Origin: Azoarcus sp. | GTDB taxonomy: Bacteria > Pseudomonadota > Gammaproteobacteria > Burkholderiales > Rhodocyclaceae | Assembly: GCA_031276015.1 (NCBI GenBank) | Contig: JAISNX010000040.1 | Span: 3,816-67,815, forward strand | Reading direction: 5' to 3' | DNA length: 64,000 nucleotides | Part shown: in pieces, positions 17,331-31,228 of the stretch | Numbering within the stretch: the stretch's first letter is position 1 | Layout: the number at the start of each line of letters is the position of its first letter | Translations under genes and position numbers: made by a program | The notes under the pieces: generated by a model | Told to the model about the DNA's origin: nothing | Seen by the model: the letters and a program-made list of their open reading frames with translations, nothing else | Database searches by the model: none

Positions 17331-19154
17331 ATGAAGAAAAAATCCCCTTCCCGTTATCTTGCCGCCACGGCCATGCCGTTGCTGCTCATGTTGGGTACCA
17401 GTTCGGCCATCGCGGCTTTCGAGTGCCCTGTCCGGCAAATCGACAGCGCCCGTTTGCTGGATTCCAATGCGGTCATCGACAAGAATGGCGACCTCTGGAT
17501 CTGGGGCTATTTCGGGATACTCAACGGGCAGTCCAAAGGCGAGGGTGGCCCCGGCGGCGGCATAAACGGTGCGCCGTCCGCGCCGGTGTACCTGGCGGAC
17601 AAAGCTATTTACAACCCGCCTACCAGGTTCAAGGCGCTAAGTGGCGTCGTAAGTGTCGCCGCTTCCGCCTACACGATTGCCGCGCTCGACATCAACAACA
17701 ATCTGTGGGCGTGGGGCGACAGCAACGGCTGGGTGATCGGGGACGACATCGATGGCAAGGAAGCGCCCGAAAAAGTGCCGGACGGTGCCGATCAGAACAA
17801 CATTTCCGCCAGCACCTGGAAGCCCATAGCGCAAAATGTACGCGATGTCGCGGCGGCGGAATATGCCTACGCATATGTCGATGTCGACGGCAAGGTCTGG
17901 ACGACCGGGCACAATACCTTCGGACAACGCGGTATTGGCGACGTCGGCGGGATCATCCGGACAAAGACCCAGATCCCTGACGATTACTGGCCGGTCTTGC
18001 CCGTGGGGCTTGGCGGAAGCGGTGCCGTACCCAAGATCGTCGCGGTCTATAACGGCTACGAAGGGTTCGCGGCGCAAGACGATAAGGGCAACATCTATGC
18101 GTGGGGCCGCAGTTTCGAGGGCGGACTGGGAACTTCCGGCTATTTCCTCAACGGATGCAAGGAAGACAAGCTGGCGGGATCGGCCAACCATACCCGGAAT
18201 TCCGAGAATTTCAATTACGATCCGGCTACCTGCCCGCTTCCCGGCACAGTGTATGGACTTACGCGCAACAGCAATGTCTCGGGCGTCACTACCAATAACT
18301 GGTACGTCACCAAACCGGTTTTCATTCCCGAAGTGACCAAGCTTGGCAAGGAACATGGCGGCATCAAGGATCTCGTCCTGGGCTACCAGCATGGCGTGGC
18401 GCTTGCGAGGGATGGCTCGGTGATCCTGTGGGGTTCCGACGAGGAAAACCGCAACGGAGCCAACCGGGGAGATCACATCAAGACCGCCATTGAAGGACTG
18501 CGTCCTTACCTGCTCTGCCTGGATGCCGATGGCCGTCAGGCTTTGACGCCCGGCAAGTCCGGCGACGACCGGCGTCCGCTGACGACGAACTGCACGCCCG
18601 TGAAGGCAACGTCCATCGCATCCGGACAATTCGCCGCCAGCCTCGTGACCGAGGATGGCAAGGTCATCGCCTGGGGTTCCTTCCTGCTTGGCGGCGCTTT
18701 CGGTACCACTGCCCAGACGCGCGGCCCGGCCCTGCATCTGGACGAAGGTCTGTTCGAGCGCGACGGTTATCGCAACAACCGCAGTCTGATGCATGTGGTT
18801 TGGGATCCCGCGCTGGATCCCCAAAACAGGAAAGCGGTCGCGGTAAGCGCCAACAAGGATTCCTCCCTGCTGGTGTTGGATGACGAATCGGTGCTGGTCT
18901 GGGGCGAGAACGGCGGCGGCGGTGCTTGCGGCGGTTATGGCTACAACTGCATGAAGGACGGCCCTTGGGGCAAGGGAACCTACGCTGCGGCTTTCCCTGA
19001 TGCCACCTACCAGGCGAAGGGCGCAAACGGCATTGGCTATTACATGCACAACAGTCTGACAGGGCTGTATGTTTGGCCGCCGGTCGAGGTGGATACCCTC
19101 CAGACCACCGTCGGCGAGGCGGGCATCCATGTGAAGTGCCTCGTGACGAAATAA
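17331..19154 (+). CDS. Secreted RCC1/BLIP-II-like beta-propeller protein
   Basis: Signal peptide; repeated GxLWxWG / GxVxxWG blades (NGDLWIWG, NNLWAWG, GNIYAWG, GSVILWG, GKVIAWG). Confidence 0.8.
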   Translation: MKKKSPSRYLAATAMPLLLMLGTSSAIAAFECPVRQIDSARLLDSNAVIDKNGDLWIWGYFGILNGQSKGEGGPGGGINGAPSAPVYLADKAIYNPPTRFKALSGVVSVAASAYTIAALDINNNLWAWGDSNGWVIGDDIDGKEAPEKVPDGADQNNISASTWKPIAQNVRDVAAAEYAYAYVDVDGKVWTTGHNTFGQRGIGDVGGIIRTKTQIPDDYWPVLPVGLGGSGAVPKIVAVYNGYEGFAAQDDKGNIYAWGRSFEGGLGTSGYFLNGCKEDKLAGSANHTRNSENFNYDPATCPLPGTVYGLTRNSNVSGVTTNNWYVTKPVFIPEVTKLGKEHGGIKDLVLGYQHGVALARDGSVILWGSDEENRNGANRGDHIKTAIEGLRPYLLCLDADGRQALTPGKSGDDRRPLTTNCTPVKATSIASGQFAASLVTEDGKVIAWGSFLLGGAFGTTAQTRGPALHLDEGLFERDGYRNNRSLMHVVWDPALDPQNRKAVAVSANKDSSLLVLDDESVLVWGENGGGGACGGYGYNCMKDGPWGKGTYAAAFPDATYQAKGANGIGYYMHNSLTGLYVWPPVEVDTLQTTVGEAGIHVKCLVTK

Positions 19155-19266
19155 GCCATTCGTGCCGTGATGGTCAACGCAGGGGCTGCTCGTGCAGTCC
19201 CTGTTTTTTTGCGCCGGGCGCGGAGAGGTATCCCGGCAGGCTGGTTTTGTTTTTCCTCGGCGAGCG

Positions 19267-19400
19267 TTTCAGGTCGTCTCGAAATGCGCCAGCATCAATT
19301 GCGCGTCTATCGGCGTTCAGGCGCGGTTTTCGTGTATCCAGCCATTGAACAGGCCGCGCGCGGCGGGGATGAAGGCCAGACCGGCCCGGCACCCGTGGCG
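19267..19400. repeat. Duplicated, decayed copy of the nnr 3' end and downstream region (cf. 20591-20740)
   Basis: GTCTATCGGCGTTCAGGCGCGGTTTTCGTGTATCCAGCCATTGAACAGGCCGCGCGCGGCGGGGATGA is present at both sites. Confidence 0.9.
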
Positions 19401-19578
19401 ACGGCACCGTGGCAGGTGGGTGTCCGGACGCAGCATTATCCCGCATCGCCCGGAATGTCGGCATGACGAAAAATCCCTCCCCGGTGCTTGTGCGCTGCGG
19501 GAATACTATATATACTTTCGGAAAATTTCATGCCACACGGGCGTGCCCGTGTGGCCCATCCAGAGAGAACGAAGAACA

Positions 19579-19594
19579 TGGCACGATTTTTGCT
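19579..19594 (+). promoter_or_regulatory. Sigma54 -24/-12 promoter
   Basis: TGGCACGATTTTTGCT, near-perfect consensus upstream of a PEP-CTERM gene. Confidence 0.8.
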
Positions 19595-19743
19595 GTCGGT
19601 CGGTTATTCTTTGCTGAACTGAATTATCGGAAGGCGCAAAGTTTTCCGCATCCATTTTGCTGTAGCCAAAATCCCGCGCGGTCTCGCATCGCGCGGGATT
19701 TTTTTGTTGTTCTAAAAACCCCCCATCCTTGAGGAGCTTAACC

Positions 19744-20547
19744 ATGTATCAACCCCATAAACGAAACTTTGCTGGCGCACTGGTTTTTAGCACTGTCGCC
19801 ATGATGGCGGCAACTTCGGCGCAAGCGGAGCTTGTCGCATCGTGGAGTTTCAACAACACCCTCGCCGCGGATCAGGCAGGTGTTTCCGCGCTGACTGCCA
19901 TTGATCCGCTGGGTGCCAGTGGATTTATCACCGATACCGTCAACGGCGTCGACCAACAGGTCTATCGCTTTGCCGGTGGTCAGTCGGCGGCCCAACAAGG
20001 CGGCCTTGCCGTTTCCACCGCCGGTTTGATTACGGGCAATACCTATTCCGTAGACATCGTCTTTCAGTTTGAATCCAACCAAACTACCTGGGAAAGCATT
20101 TTCGGCGTTTCCAACCGGACGAAGGACGGGGCTTTCTATGTGAATCCCGCCAACTACTTGCAAGTGTACCCAGTGTCCAGTGGTGTGACGCCTTTCACTT
20201 TTGGGGAATATCATCAGGTCACGCTTACCAACCAGGGGGATGGCACGGTGTCAGCTTATCTGGATGGCGTTCTGCAACTGACCGCGACGACCGATGTTCT
20301 GGATTTCAGCACTTACGCCACGCAAAACCCTGAGCAACTGATTCATTTCTTTCTCGACGACGCTGGCGAATATGCCAATGGACGTGTTGCCCGGATCGGC
20401 ATCTTCGATACGGCGTTGAGCGCAAGTGAAATCGGTAACCTCAGCTACGGCAATGTGCCCGGCGTTCCCGAGCCGGAAACCTGGGCGATGCTGCTGGCAG
20501 GGTTGGGCGTGATGGGCGCAACAGCACGGCGACGGGCGCGGGTCTGA
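19744..20547 (+). CDS. PEP-CTERM protein with LamG/concanavalin-like domain
   Basis: Signal peptide, WSFNNTL, YHQVTLT..YLDG, C-terminal VPEPETWAMLLAGLGVMGATARRR. Confidence 0.9.
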   Translation: MYQPHKRNFAGALVFSTVAMMAATSAQAELVASWSFNNTLAADQAGVSALTAIDPLGASGFITDTVNGVDQQVYRFAGGQSAAQQGGLAVSTAGLITGNTYSVDIVFQFESNQTTWESIFGVSNRTKDGAFYVNPANYLQVYPVSSGVTPFTFGEYHQVTLTNQGDGTVSAYLDGVLQLTATTDVLDFSTYATQNPEQLIHFFLDDAGEYANGRVARIGIFDTALSASEIGNLSYGNVPGVPEPETWAMLLAGLGVMGATARRRARV

Positions 20548-20573
20548 AGCATCCGACGCTTCGTTTCACACTA

Positions 20574-20606
20574 TCGGGGCGGCCTGTCGGTTTCAGGCCG
20601 CCCCGA
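20574..20606. terminator. Hairpin between convergent genes
   Basis: TCGGGGCGGCCTG...CAGGCCGCCCCGA inverted repeat. Confidence 0.55.
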
Positions 20607-20640
20607 AATCTGCCAGCATCAATTGCCTGTCTATCGGCGT

Positions 20641-22131
20641 TCAGGCGCGGTTTTCGTGTATCCAGCCATTGAACAGGCCGCGCGCGGCGGGGATGACTTC
20701 ACCGGCGGTGAGGCCGACCGGCCCGGCTCCCGTGGCGGCGAGCCGGTCGGCGGCGGCTCCGTGCAGATGGACGGCGGCAAGCAACGCCGTTTCGGCGGGC
20801 CATCCCTGCGCGAGCAGGGAAAGAACGAGGCCGCTCAAGACATCGCCCATGCCCGCGCTTGCCATGCCGGGATTGCCGGTGGTGTTGATGAACCAGCGTC
20901 CATCGGGCGTGGCGATGAGGCTGCCGCACCCCTTGAGCACGACGTAGGCGCGGTAGGCGCGCGCCAGTTCGAGCGCGGCGGCGACGCGGTCGGCCTGGAT
21001 TTGGGCCGTGGCGACGCCGAGCAACCGCCCGGCTTCGGCTGGGTGAGGCGTGAGAAGGGTCGCGGACTGCCGCGCCTTCAGCATCTTTGCCAATTCCGGC
21101 CAGCGGCTTACGATATTGAGCGCGTCGGCGTCGAGCAGTAGCGGGATGTCGCGGCCAATCACCGTTTGCAGCAGGCGCTCGGCTTCGGCGCTGACGCCGA
21201 GTCCGGGGCCGACGGCAAGCGCCTGCGGGTGCTCGGGCAGGCGGCTGGCCGGACGCAGCATCAATTCGGGATGGACGGGATCGACGCCCGGCATGCCTTC
21301 GTCGAGAAGGCAGGCGTAAACGCGGCCTGCTCCCAGGCACAGAGCCGCCCGCGCCGCGAGAAGTACCGCGCCGGTCATGCCCGCCGCGCCCCCGAGAACG
21401 CAAGCGTCGCCATACATGCCTTTGTGCGCGTTGCATGGCCGGGGAAGGAGGCAGGCGGCAAAGAGCGCGCGTTCGACGCGATGTCCGGCGGGCGCGACAT
21501 GGGCGGCGGCATCGACGCCGAGCGTATGAAGCGAAATGTCGCCGCAGCAGTCGGGGCCGTCGAGCGTGAGCAGGCCGGGTTTGAGCGCGATGAAGGTCGC
21601 GGTGTGGCTGGCGCGCAGGCAGACGCCGGGCTGGCCGCCGGTATCGGCATTCAGCCCGCTTGGCACATCGATGGCGAGTTTCGGCGCGGACAGGGCGTTG
21701 ATCGTCTCGATCCATTCGGCATGACGGCCTTCGGGGGAGCGTTGCAGTCCGATGCCGAACAGGGCGTCGATGACCAGTGCCCAGGCGTTTCCGGGCGGCG
21801 TGGGCAATTCGGCCACGGTACCGCCGCCCGCCTGGAGGAAGCTGGTATGCGCGCGCGCGGCATCTTCGGGAAGGCGGGCGGGGTCGCTGGCGAAGGCGAC
21901 GACCACCTCGAATCCGGCGTGGCGAAGTTCCCGCGCCGCGACGAAACCGTCGCCGCCGTTATTGCCGGGGCCGCACACGACGAGCACGGGGCCGGGCCGG
22001 GCCGCGAGCAGCCGGGAGGCTTCGAGGGCGACCGCAATGCCCGCGCGCTCCATCAGCGGCGGTTGTGCGTCCGGGACGACCCGGTGTTCGATTGCGCGAA
22101 TGTCGCGCACAGAATAGATGGGGCAGGACAT
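20641..22131 (-). CDS. nnr: Bifunctional NAD(P)HX epimerase/dehydratase (YjeF)
   Basis: LMERAG, GPGNNGGDG, DALFGIG, DADALN, TPHPAEAGRLL, AGMGDVLSG. Confidence 0.95.
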   Translation of the reverse strand: MSCPIYSVRDIRAIEHRVVPDAQPPLMERAGIAVALEASRLLAARPGPVLVVCGPGNNGGDGFVAARELRHAGFEVVVAFASDPARLPEDAARAHTSFLQAGGGTVAELPTPPGNAWALVIDALFGIGLQRSPEGRHAEWIETINALSAPKLAIDVPSGLNADTGGQPGVCLRASHTATFIALKPGLLTLDGPDCCGDISLHTLGVDAAAHVAPAGHRVERALFAACLLPRPCNAHKGMYGDACVLGGAAGMTGAVLLAARAALCLGAGRVYACLLDEGMPGVDPVHPELMLRPASRLPEHPQALAVGPGLGVSAEAERLLQTVIGRDIPLLLDADALNIVSRWPELAKMLKARQSATLLTPHPAEAGRLLGVATAQIQADRVAAALELARAYRAYVVLKGCGSLIATPDGRWFINTTGNPGMASAGMGDVLSGLVLSLLAQGWPAETALLAAVHLHGAAADRLAATGAGPVGLTAGEVIPAARGLFNGWIHENRA

Positions 22132-22395
22132 GATCGAAAGCCGTGGCGGCCATTCCTTGGCGGTAATGGGCGAGAGTGTACACTTCGACCGCTACGGGCC
22201 GTGGACAACTGTGCGCGGACGGCCATGTGCGGTGCGATTTTTCCCGCCTTCCCGGCATTACAACAGCGGGAGCGGGCAGAAGATGGAGGAAACCCGGCAA
22301 CTCCATGTAGAATAACCGCTTCGCCGGGACGGGCCGGGCTGAATGTCATATCGGCGCGGCACGCGGCATCTCTTGGATTTATCAGGATCGTTTGC

Positions 22396-23709
22396 ATGCA
22401 GACCAATCAGGAAGCCATCAATGCGCTGGAGCGCCGTATCGACATGTCGGTGGCGCTGGCGGACATCGACAAGGATGTCGATGTCCGCCTCAAGAACCTT
22501 TCCCGCACGGTAAAGATGCCGGGGTTTCGTCCGGGCAAGGTGCCGCTCAAGGTCGTGGCGCGAACTTACACGCCGCAGGCTCGTTCGGAAGCCATCGGTG
22601 CGGCGGTGGAAAAAGCTTTCGGCGAGGCGGTGCGAGCGCAGAAATTGCGCGTGGCAGGGTATCCCCGAATCGAACCCAAGGAGGCTTCCGCCGCGGGCAC
22701 GCTCGAATTCAGCGCCGTGTTCGAGGTGTATCCGGAAGTCTCGATCGGCGACTTTTCGGGTCACGAAATCAAAAGACCCGTGCTCGACGTGGGCGATGCC
22801 GAAGTCGACCGCACTTTTGAAGCATTGCGCAAGCAGCGCACCCGGTTTGAATCCGTCGAACGCGGTGCGGCCAAGGGCGACCAGGTCGTGGTGGATTTCA
22901 TCGGGCGCAAGGATGGCGAGCCTTTTGAAAACGGCGAGGCAAAGGATTTCTCGTTCATGCTCGGCTCCGGGACGATGCTGGAAGGGTTCGATGCCGCCGT
23001 GATCGGCCTCAAGGCAGGCGAAAGCAAAACGTTCGACCTGGCTTTTCCCGCCGACTACAATGCCGGGGAACTTGCCGGGCAGACGGTACAGTTCGAGGTG
23101 ACGGTGCATAAGGTGGAAGAACCCGTGCTGCCGGAGATCGACGCCGATTTTGCCAAGGAGATGGGGATCGCCGATGGCGACGTCGTCAAGTTGCGCGCGG
23201 ATGTCAGGGACAACCTCGAACGCGAAGTCAAACGCCGTATCCAGGCCAGGGTCAAAAACCAGGCCATGGACACCTTGCTCGCCGCGGTGCCCATCGAAGC
23301 GCCCAAGGCACTGGTGAGCGCGGAGGCGGCGCAATTGGCCGAGAATGCCCGGAACAACTTCGCGGCGAAAGGTCTGTCCATGGGCAAGATGCTGGAGCGG
23401 CTGGAAGAATGGTTTACCGACCGGGCGACGCGGCGGGTGAAACTGGGCCTCATCATGGCCGAGCTGGTCAAGGCGAACAATCTGCACGCCAAACCGGAGC
23501 AGGTACGCGCGCTGATCGAGGACATGGCGGAAAGTTACGAAGACCCGGCGGAACTGGTGCGCTGGTACTATGCGCAGCCCGAGCGGCTGGCGCAGGTGGA
23601 AGCGGTCGCAACCGAGGATAATGTCGTGGCGTGGGTCTGCGCACAGGCCAGGACCAGCGACAAGCCGATTTCCTTTGAAGAACTGATGGGCGATACGAAC
23701 GACGCCTGA
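22396..23709 (+). CDS. tig: Trigger factor
   Basis: [10 protein letters not shown] ribosome-binding motif, FKBP domain; upstream of clpP. Confidence 0.97.
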   Translation: MQTNQEAINALERRIDMSVALADIDKDVDVRLKNLSRTVKMPGFRPGKVPLKVVARTYTPQARSEAIGAAVEKAFGEAVRAQKLRVAGYPRIEPKEASAAGTLEFSAVFEVYPEVSIGDFSGHEIKRPVLDVGDAEVDRTFEALRKQRTRFESVERGAAKGDQVVVDFIGRKDGEPFENGEAKDFSFMLGSGTMLEGFDAAVIGLKAGESKTFDLAFPADYNAGELAGQTVQFEVTVHKVEEPVLPEIDADFAKEMGIADGDVVKLRADVRDNLEREVKRRIQARVKNQAMDTLLAAVPIEAPKALVSAEAAQLAENARNNFAAKGLSMGKMLERLEEWFTDRATRRVKLGLIMAELVKANNLHAKPEQVRALIEDMAESYEDPAELVRWYYAQPERLAQVEAVATEDNVVAWVCAQARTSDKPISFEELMGDTNDA

Positions 23710-23753
23710 GGGCGGCGAAAGCGGACAGACAACGAACCGGAGCCGGTTTTACG

Positions 23754-24389
23754 ATGAGCGACAAATCCGCGCAGAGCGGCGAATGGAACCCGGTCGGCCT
23801 CGGCATGGTGCCGATGGTCATCGAACAAAGCGGACGTGGCGAGCGGGCCTACGATATTTACTCGCGCTTGCTCAAGGAACGGATCGTGTTCCTTGTCGGC
23901 CAGGTCAACGACGCCACGGCCAATCTGATCGTGGCGCAACTGCTTTTCCTTGAATCGGACAACCCCGACAAGGACATCTATTTCTACATCAACTCTCCCG
24001 GCGGATCGGTCACGGCGGGGCTGGCGATCTACGACACCATGCAGTTCGTCAAACCCGACGTGAGCACGCTGTGCGTCGGGCAGGCGGCGAGCATGGGAGC
24101 CTTCCTGCTCGCGGCGGGTGCCAAGGGCAAGCGGTATTGCCTGCCGAATTCCAGAGTCATGATCCACCAGCCACTCGGCGGGTTTCAGGGGCAGGCGTCC
24201 GACATCGAGATCCATGCCCGTGAAATCCTCTATTTGCGCGCCCGCCTGAACGAAATGCTGTCCAGGCATACAGGCAAACCCGTCGAGCAAATAGAAAAAG
24301 ATACCGATCGGGATAATTTCCTGTCTGCGACTGCCGCGTTGGAGTACGGTCTGATCGACAAGGTAATGATTACCCGCGACGAGATCTGA
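23754..24389 (+). CDS. clpP: ClpP protease proteolytic subunit
   Basis: [40 protein letters not shown]. Confidence 0.99.
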   Translation: MSDKSAQSGEWNPVGLGMVPMVIEQSGRGERAYDIYSRLLKERIVFLVGQVNDATANLIVAQLLFLESDNPDKDIYFYINSPGGSVTAGLAIYDTMQFVKPDVSTLCVGQAASMGAFLLAAGAKGKRYCLPNSRVMIHQPLGGFQGQASDIEIHAREILYLRARLNEMLSRHTGKPVEQIEKDTDRDNFLSATAALEYGLIDKVMITRDEI

Positions 24390-24402
24390 CGAGGAGACGA
24401 TC

Positions 24403-25686
<1,284 letters not shown>

Positions 25687-25807
25687 ATAGAACCGCGCCG
25701 CGTCGGCTGCGCTTGTCGCCGGGCGGTGCATAACGGCGCAATCGCCACTTGATTAAACGGGACCGTGCCCTAATATGGGCACGGTTCTTTCGCTCAAGGA
25801 AAAAATA

Positions 25808-28231
<2,424 letters not shown>

Positions 28232-28332
28232 GGAATTTCCGCAGACTGAATGAAGATGGCCCCCGCAAGGCCGTGCACACCTGCCGCGAGGCGGCGGGTT
28301 TCCATTACAACAGGAAGGAGGGAAGAACAAAC

Positions 28333-28605
28333 ATGAACAAAACCGAATTGATCGACGAAATCGCCGAACAGGCGGAAGTCCCCAAAACGGTGGCGGCCAA
28401 GGTACTGGATGCCACCATCGGCGTCGTGACTACGGCGCTCAGGCACGGGGAGTCCGTTACCCTGACCGGCTTCGGAACGTTCTGCGTCAACAGCCGTGCC
28501 GAACACACTGGCCGCAACCCCCGCACCGGCGAGGAAATCACCATTGCGGCCTCCAACGTGCCGAAATTCAAGGCTGGCAAGAGCCTGAAAGACGCCATCA
28601 ACTAG
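28333..28605 (+). CDS. hupB: HU DNA-binding protein
   Basis: [33 protein letters not shown]. Confidence 0.95.
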   Translation: MNKTELIDEIAEQAEVPKTVAAKVLDATIGVVTTALRHGESVTLTGFGTFCVNSRAEHTGRNPRTGEEITIAASNVPKFKAGKSLKDAIN

Positions 28606-28787
28606 AGCAAATCAACTTTATGAGGCTCATATCAAGCTGATTGTCACGAAGCGACGTGGCAATCCATGCAACGGTTCAGCCATCGGGAACGCCGGGGCAA
28701 ACAGAATCGCCGTATGGATTGCCACGGGCCTTCGGCCCTCGCAATGACGGCGGTTCTCTTTGGGCTTCAATTTGTTGATCTGCTCTA
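28603..28787. mobile_element. MITE-like element with TAGAGC terminal inverted repeats and REP-like cargo
   Basis: Left end TAGAGCAAATCAAC, right end GTTGATCTGCTCTA (13/14 inverted match); internal GGATTGCCACGGGCCTTCGGCCCTCGCAATGAC. Confidence 0.75.
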
Positions 28788-28825
28788 AAGTGGCAGATCG
28801 GCTGACTTGCGGCGCGGGTGATGCG

Positions 28826-29230
28826 TCAATTGCCACCGAGCCATTGCGCGCCTTCCTGCCGCGCCAGCGCCTTGTCGAAAGTAAGCGTGACGGTGCAGCC
28901 TTGGCGACGATTGCGCGCCAGGATGAGGCCATCGGCAAAGCCAGCCTTGCCGCTGCGGAAGGCAGCATTGGCCGCTTCCAGCGTGGCGCGGTGTTCAAAG
29001 GCAAAGGTCTTGACGGACAACAGCAGGTCGATGACAGCAGCCAAGGCCGCCCTGTCCATGCCATAGCAGCGCTTGAGCACCCAGAGCGTTTCGGCGATGA
29101 CCAGATCACTGATGAAAACCGCTTCGGGAATGTGATTGACCGGCTCCAGCACCTGCCGGACAAGGGCCACTTGCGCCTCGTCGTCATTAACCAGCAGACG
29201 CACCAGCACGTTGGTGTTGAAACCGATCAT
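28826..29230 (-). CDS. vapC: VapC-type PIN-domain toxin (first catalytic Asp replaced by Asn)
   Basis: MIGFNTNVLVRLLVNDD, IAETLWVL, FADGLI, TLTFDK. Confidence 0.85.
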   Translation of the reverse strand: MIGFNTNVLVRLLVNDDEAQVALVRQVLEPVNHIPEAVFISDLVIAETLWVLKRCYGMDRAALAAVIDLLLSVKTFAFEHRATLEAANAAFRSGKAGFADGLILARNRRQGCTVTLTFDKALARQEGAQWLGGN

Positions 29231-29490
29231 GCGCTGTCTGCTTCGCTGTCGCGGTACCGGGCGGCTGCCGCGGCCTCGACGGCCTCTTTCATCTCTTCCA
29301 CGCTGACCGCCTCTCGTCCGGGCTGGCGCAGCGCGCCCAGAATGTCCAGCGCCGTGCGGCTGACCGGACGTCCGCGCAGGCTGCCATCCACGACTTCCAG
29401 ATCCAGACGGGTGCCCTCGTTCAGTCCCAGTTGGTTACGAATGATCTTGGGCAATGTGATCTGGCCCTTGCTGCTGACTGTGGCATACAT
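29227..29490 (-). CDS. vapB: AbrB/MazE-family antitoxin (VapB)
   Basis: ATVSSKGQITLPKIIRNQLGLNEGTRL; 4-bp overlap with the PIN gene. Confidence 0.88.
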   Translation of the reverse strand: MYATVSSKGQITLPKIIRNQLGLNEGTRLDLEVVDGSLRGRPVSRTALDILGALRQPGREAVSVEEMKEAVEAAAAARYRDSEADSA

Positions 29491-29579
29491 GATTCCGCCC
29501 CCTGAAGGCAATGTCGGAATATCTTACCAATGTCGGAAAGATTATCAAAAGGATGAATTTTCATGGAGTGTCGGATAAA

Positions 29580-30240
29580 CGCCCCCCTGATCGAGCTCGC
29601 CGACATCCGCAAGTCCTACGGCGGCGGGAAGGGCACGCCGCGTGTGGAAGTCGCTCAGCATCCATGCCGAGGAATTCGTGGCGCTCGTCGGCGCGTCCGG
29701 CTCCGGCAAGTCGACACTCATGCACATCCTCGGCTGCCTCGACCGGCCCAGTTCCGGCATATATCGCTTCGCCGGGCGGGACATTTCCGCCTTTTCCGCC
29801 GACGAACTCGCCTGGCTGCGACGGGAAACCTTCGGCTTCGTCTTTCAGGGCTATCACCTGATTCGCGCGCTCGACGCCTGCCACAACGTGCAAGTGCCCG
29901 CCGTCTATGCCGGAACGCCGCCCGCGATCCGCAGCTTCCGCATCCTGCTGACCTTGCTCGGCATCATGATCGGTGTCGCTTCCGTCATCGCGCTCATGGC
30001 CGTGGGACAGGGCGCGAGCGAAAAATTGCTGGAAAAACTCTCCGAAGGCGGCAACACGCATCGTATCTCCATCCGTCCCGGCTTCGACAACACGCGCGGC
30101 TTGGGCGGCAGGCTCTTCCTTTCCGACGTGGAACTCCTCCGCGAAGTGGAGAACGTCGCCTACGTTTCGCCCTTCCAGGTCGGCGGCGTCATGCTGCGCA
30201 CGAGCCTGGGCAGACCCTTCCGGCTTCTCGCTCGCGTAAC
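29580..30240 (+). pseudogene. macB: MacB-family ABC transporter remnant (frameshift and large internal deletion)
   Basis: [14 protein letters not shown] in one frame, then [15 protein letters not shown] in another frame; it jumps straight to the permease start [15 protein letters not shown] with no LSGGQ or Walker B, and is truncated. Confidence 0.85.
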
Positions 30241-30306
30241 AATGCTTGTGTCGGGAATCTTTGTGTATCATGACTTTCCTTTCCGTCGAACTTCCAGGAG
30301 AACGTC

Positions 30307-30684
30307 ATGACGAGGAAAATCCGCCTTCTTTTTGTTTTCTCTTCATGCGCGGGCCTGGCCCTGAGCGCCACGGCATTTGCGCAAAGCGACGCGCAGGGCG
30401 GTTTTGTTGGGCCTTCGCTGGTTCCCACAGCGAAAACCATCGTGGAAGCCAAGAGCCTGCCCGATGACGCGAAGGTGGCCTTGCGGGGCAATATCGTTCG
30501 CGGGCTGGGCGACGAAAAATACCTGTTCCGGGACGCTACCGGGGAGATCATCGTCGAAATCGACGACGATCTCTGGCGCGGCCAGACGGTCGAAAGCAAG
30601 GATACCGTCGAGATTCGCGGCGAAATAGACCGGGATTGGGCAATTTCCGTCGAAATCGAAGCCGATTCGCTCCAGAAACTGTGA
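30307..30684 (+). CDS. YgiW/YdeI-family OB-fold periplasmic protein
   Basis: Signal peptide, [35 protein letters not shown]. Confidence 0.9.
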   Translation: MTRKIRLLFVFSSCAGLALSATAFAQSDAQGGFVGPSLVPTAKTIVEAKSLPDDAKVALRGNIVRGLGDEKYLFRDATGEIIVEIDDDLWRGQTVESKDTVEIRGEIDRDWAISVEIEADSLQKL

Positions 30685-30797
30685 GTCTGCCCTACCCTGC
30701 CCTGCTTCCAGTGCAACGCCGGGTATTCCCCCGTTTCGCGCCCAGTGATAGAATCACGGGTTCTGATTGAACCAAACACGACCCAAGAGAAAAACAC

Positions 30798-31067
30798 ATG
30801 GCTCTCGACATCACGACCAAAGCGCAGATCGTTTCCGACTACCAGCGCGCCCAAGGCGACACCGGATCGCCGGAAGTCCAGGTTGCGCTCCTGACCGCGC
30901 GCATCAACGGCCTGACCAGTCACTTCAAGGCCCACGGCAAGGATCACCACTCCCGCCGCGGCCTGCTGAAAATGGTCAGCCGCCGCCGCAAGCTTCTCGA
31001 CTACCTGAAAGACCGGAATGCCGAGAGCTACCGCAAGCTGATCGAACGCTTGGGTCTGCGCAAGTAA
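30798..31067 (+). CDS. rpsO: 30S ribosomal protein S15
   Basis: [26 protein letters not shown]. Confidence 0.99.
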   Translation: MALDITTKAQIVSDYQRAQGDTGSPEVQVALLTARINGLTSHFKAHGKDHHSRRGLLKMVSRRRKLLDYLKDRNAESYRKLIERLGLRK

Positions 31068-31228
31068 GCGCGCTCAAGTGACCGGCCCTACAGCGACCAG
31101 TGCCCGCGCGAGCGGGATGATTCCGGCAAAGCCGGGGCGGCCCGCGAAGGGTGCTCCGGCTTTTGTCGTTTCCCGGCCTATCCGCCCTTGCAGTTATTGT
31201 CTGCTGCAATAATCGAAAGGAATTCCCC

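Noticed and set aside
21166-22395. Apparent 410-aa N-terminal extension of trigger factor
   Set aside because: Overlaps nnr antisense; tig homology starts at ATG 22396
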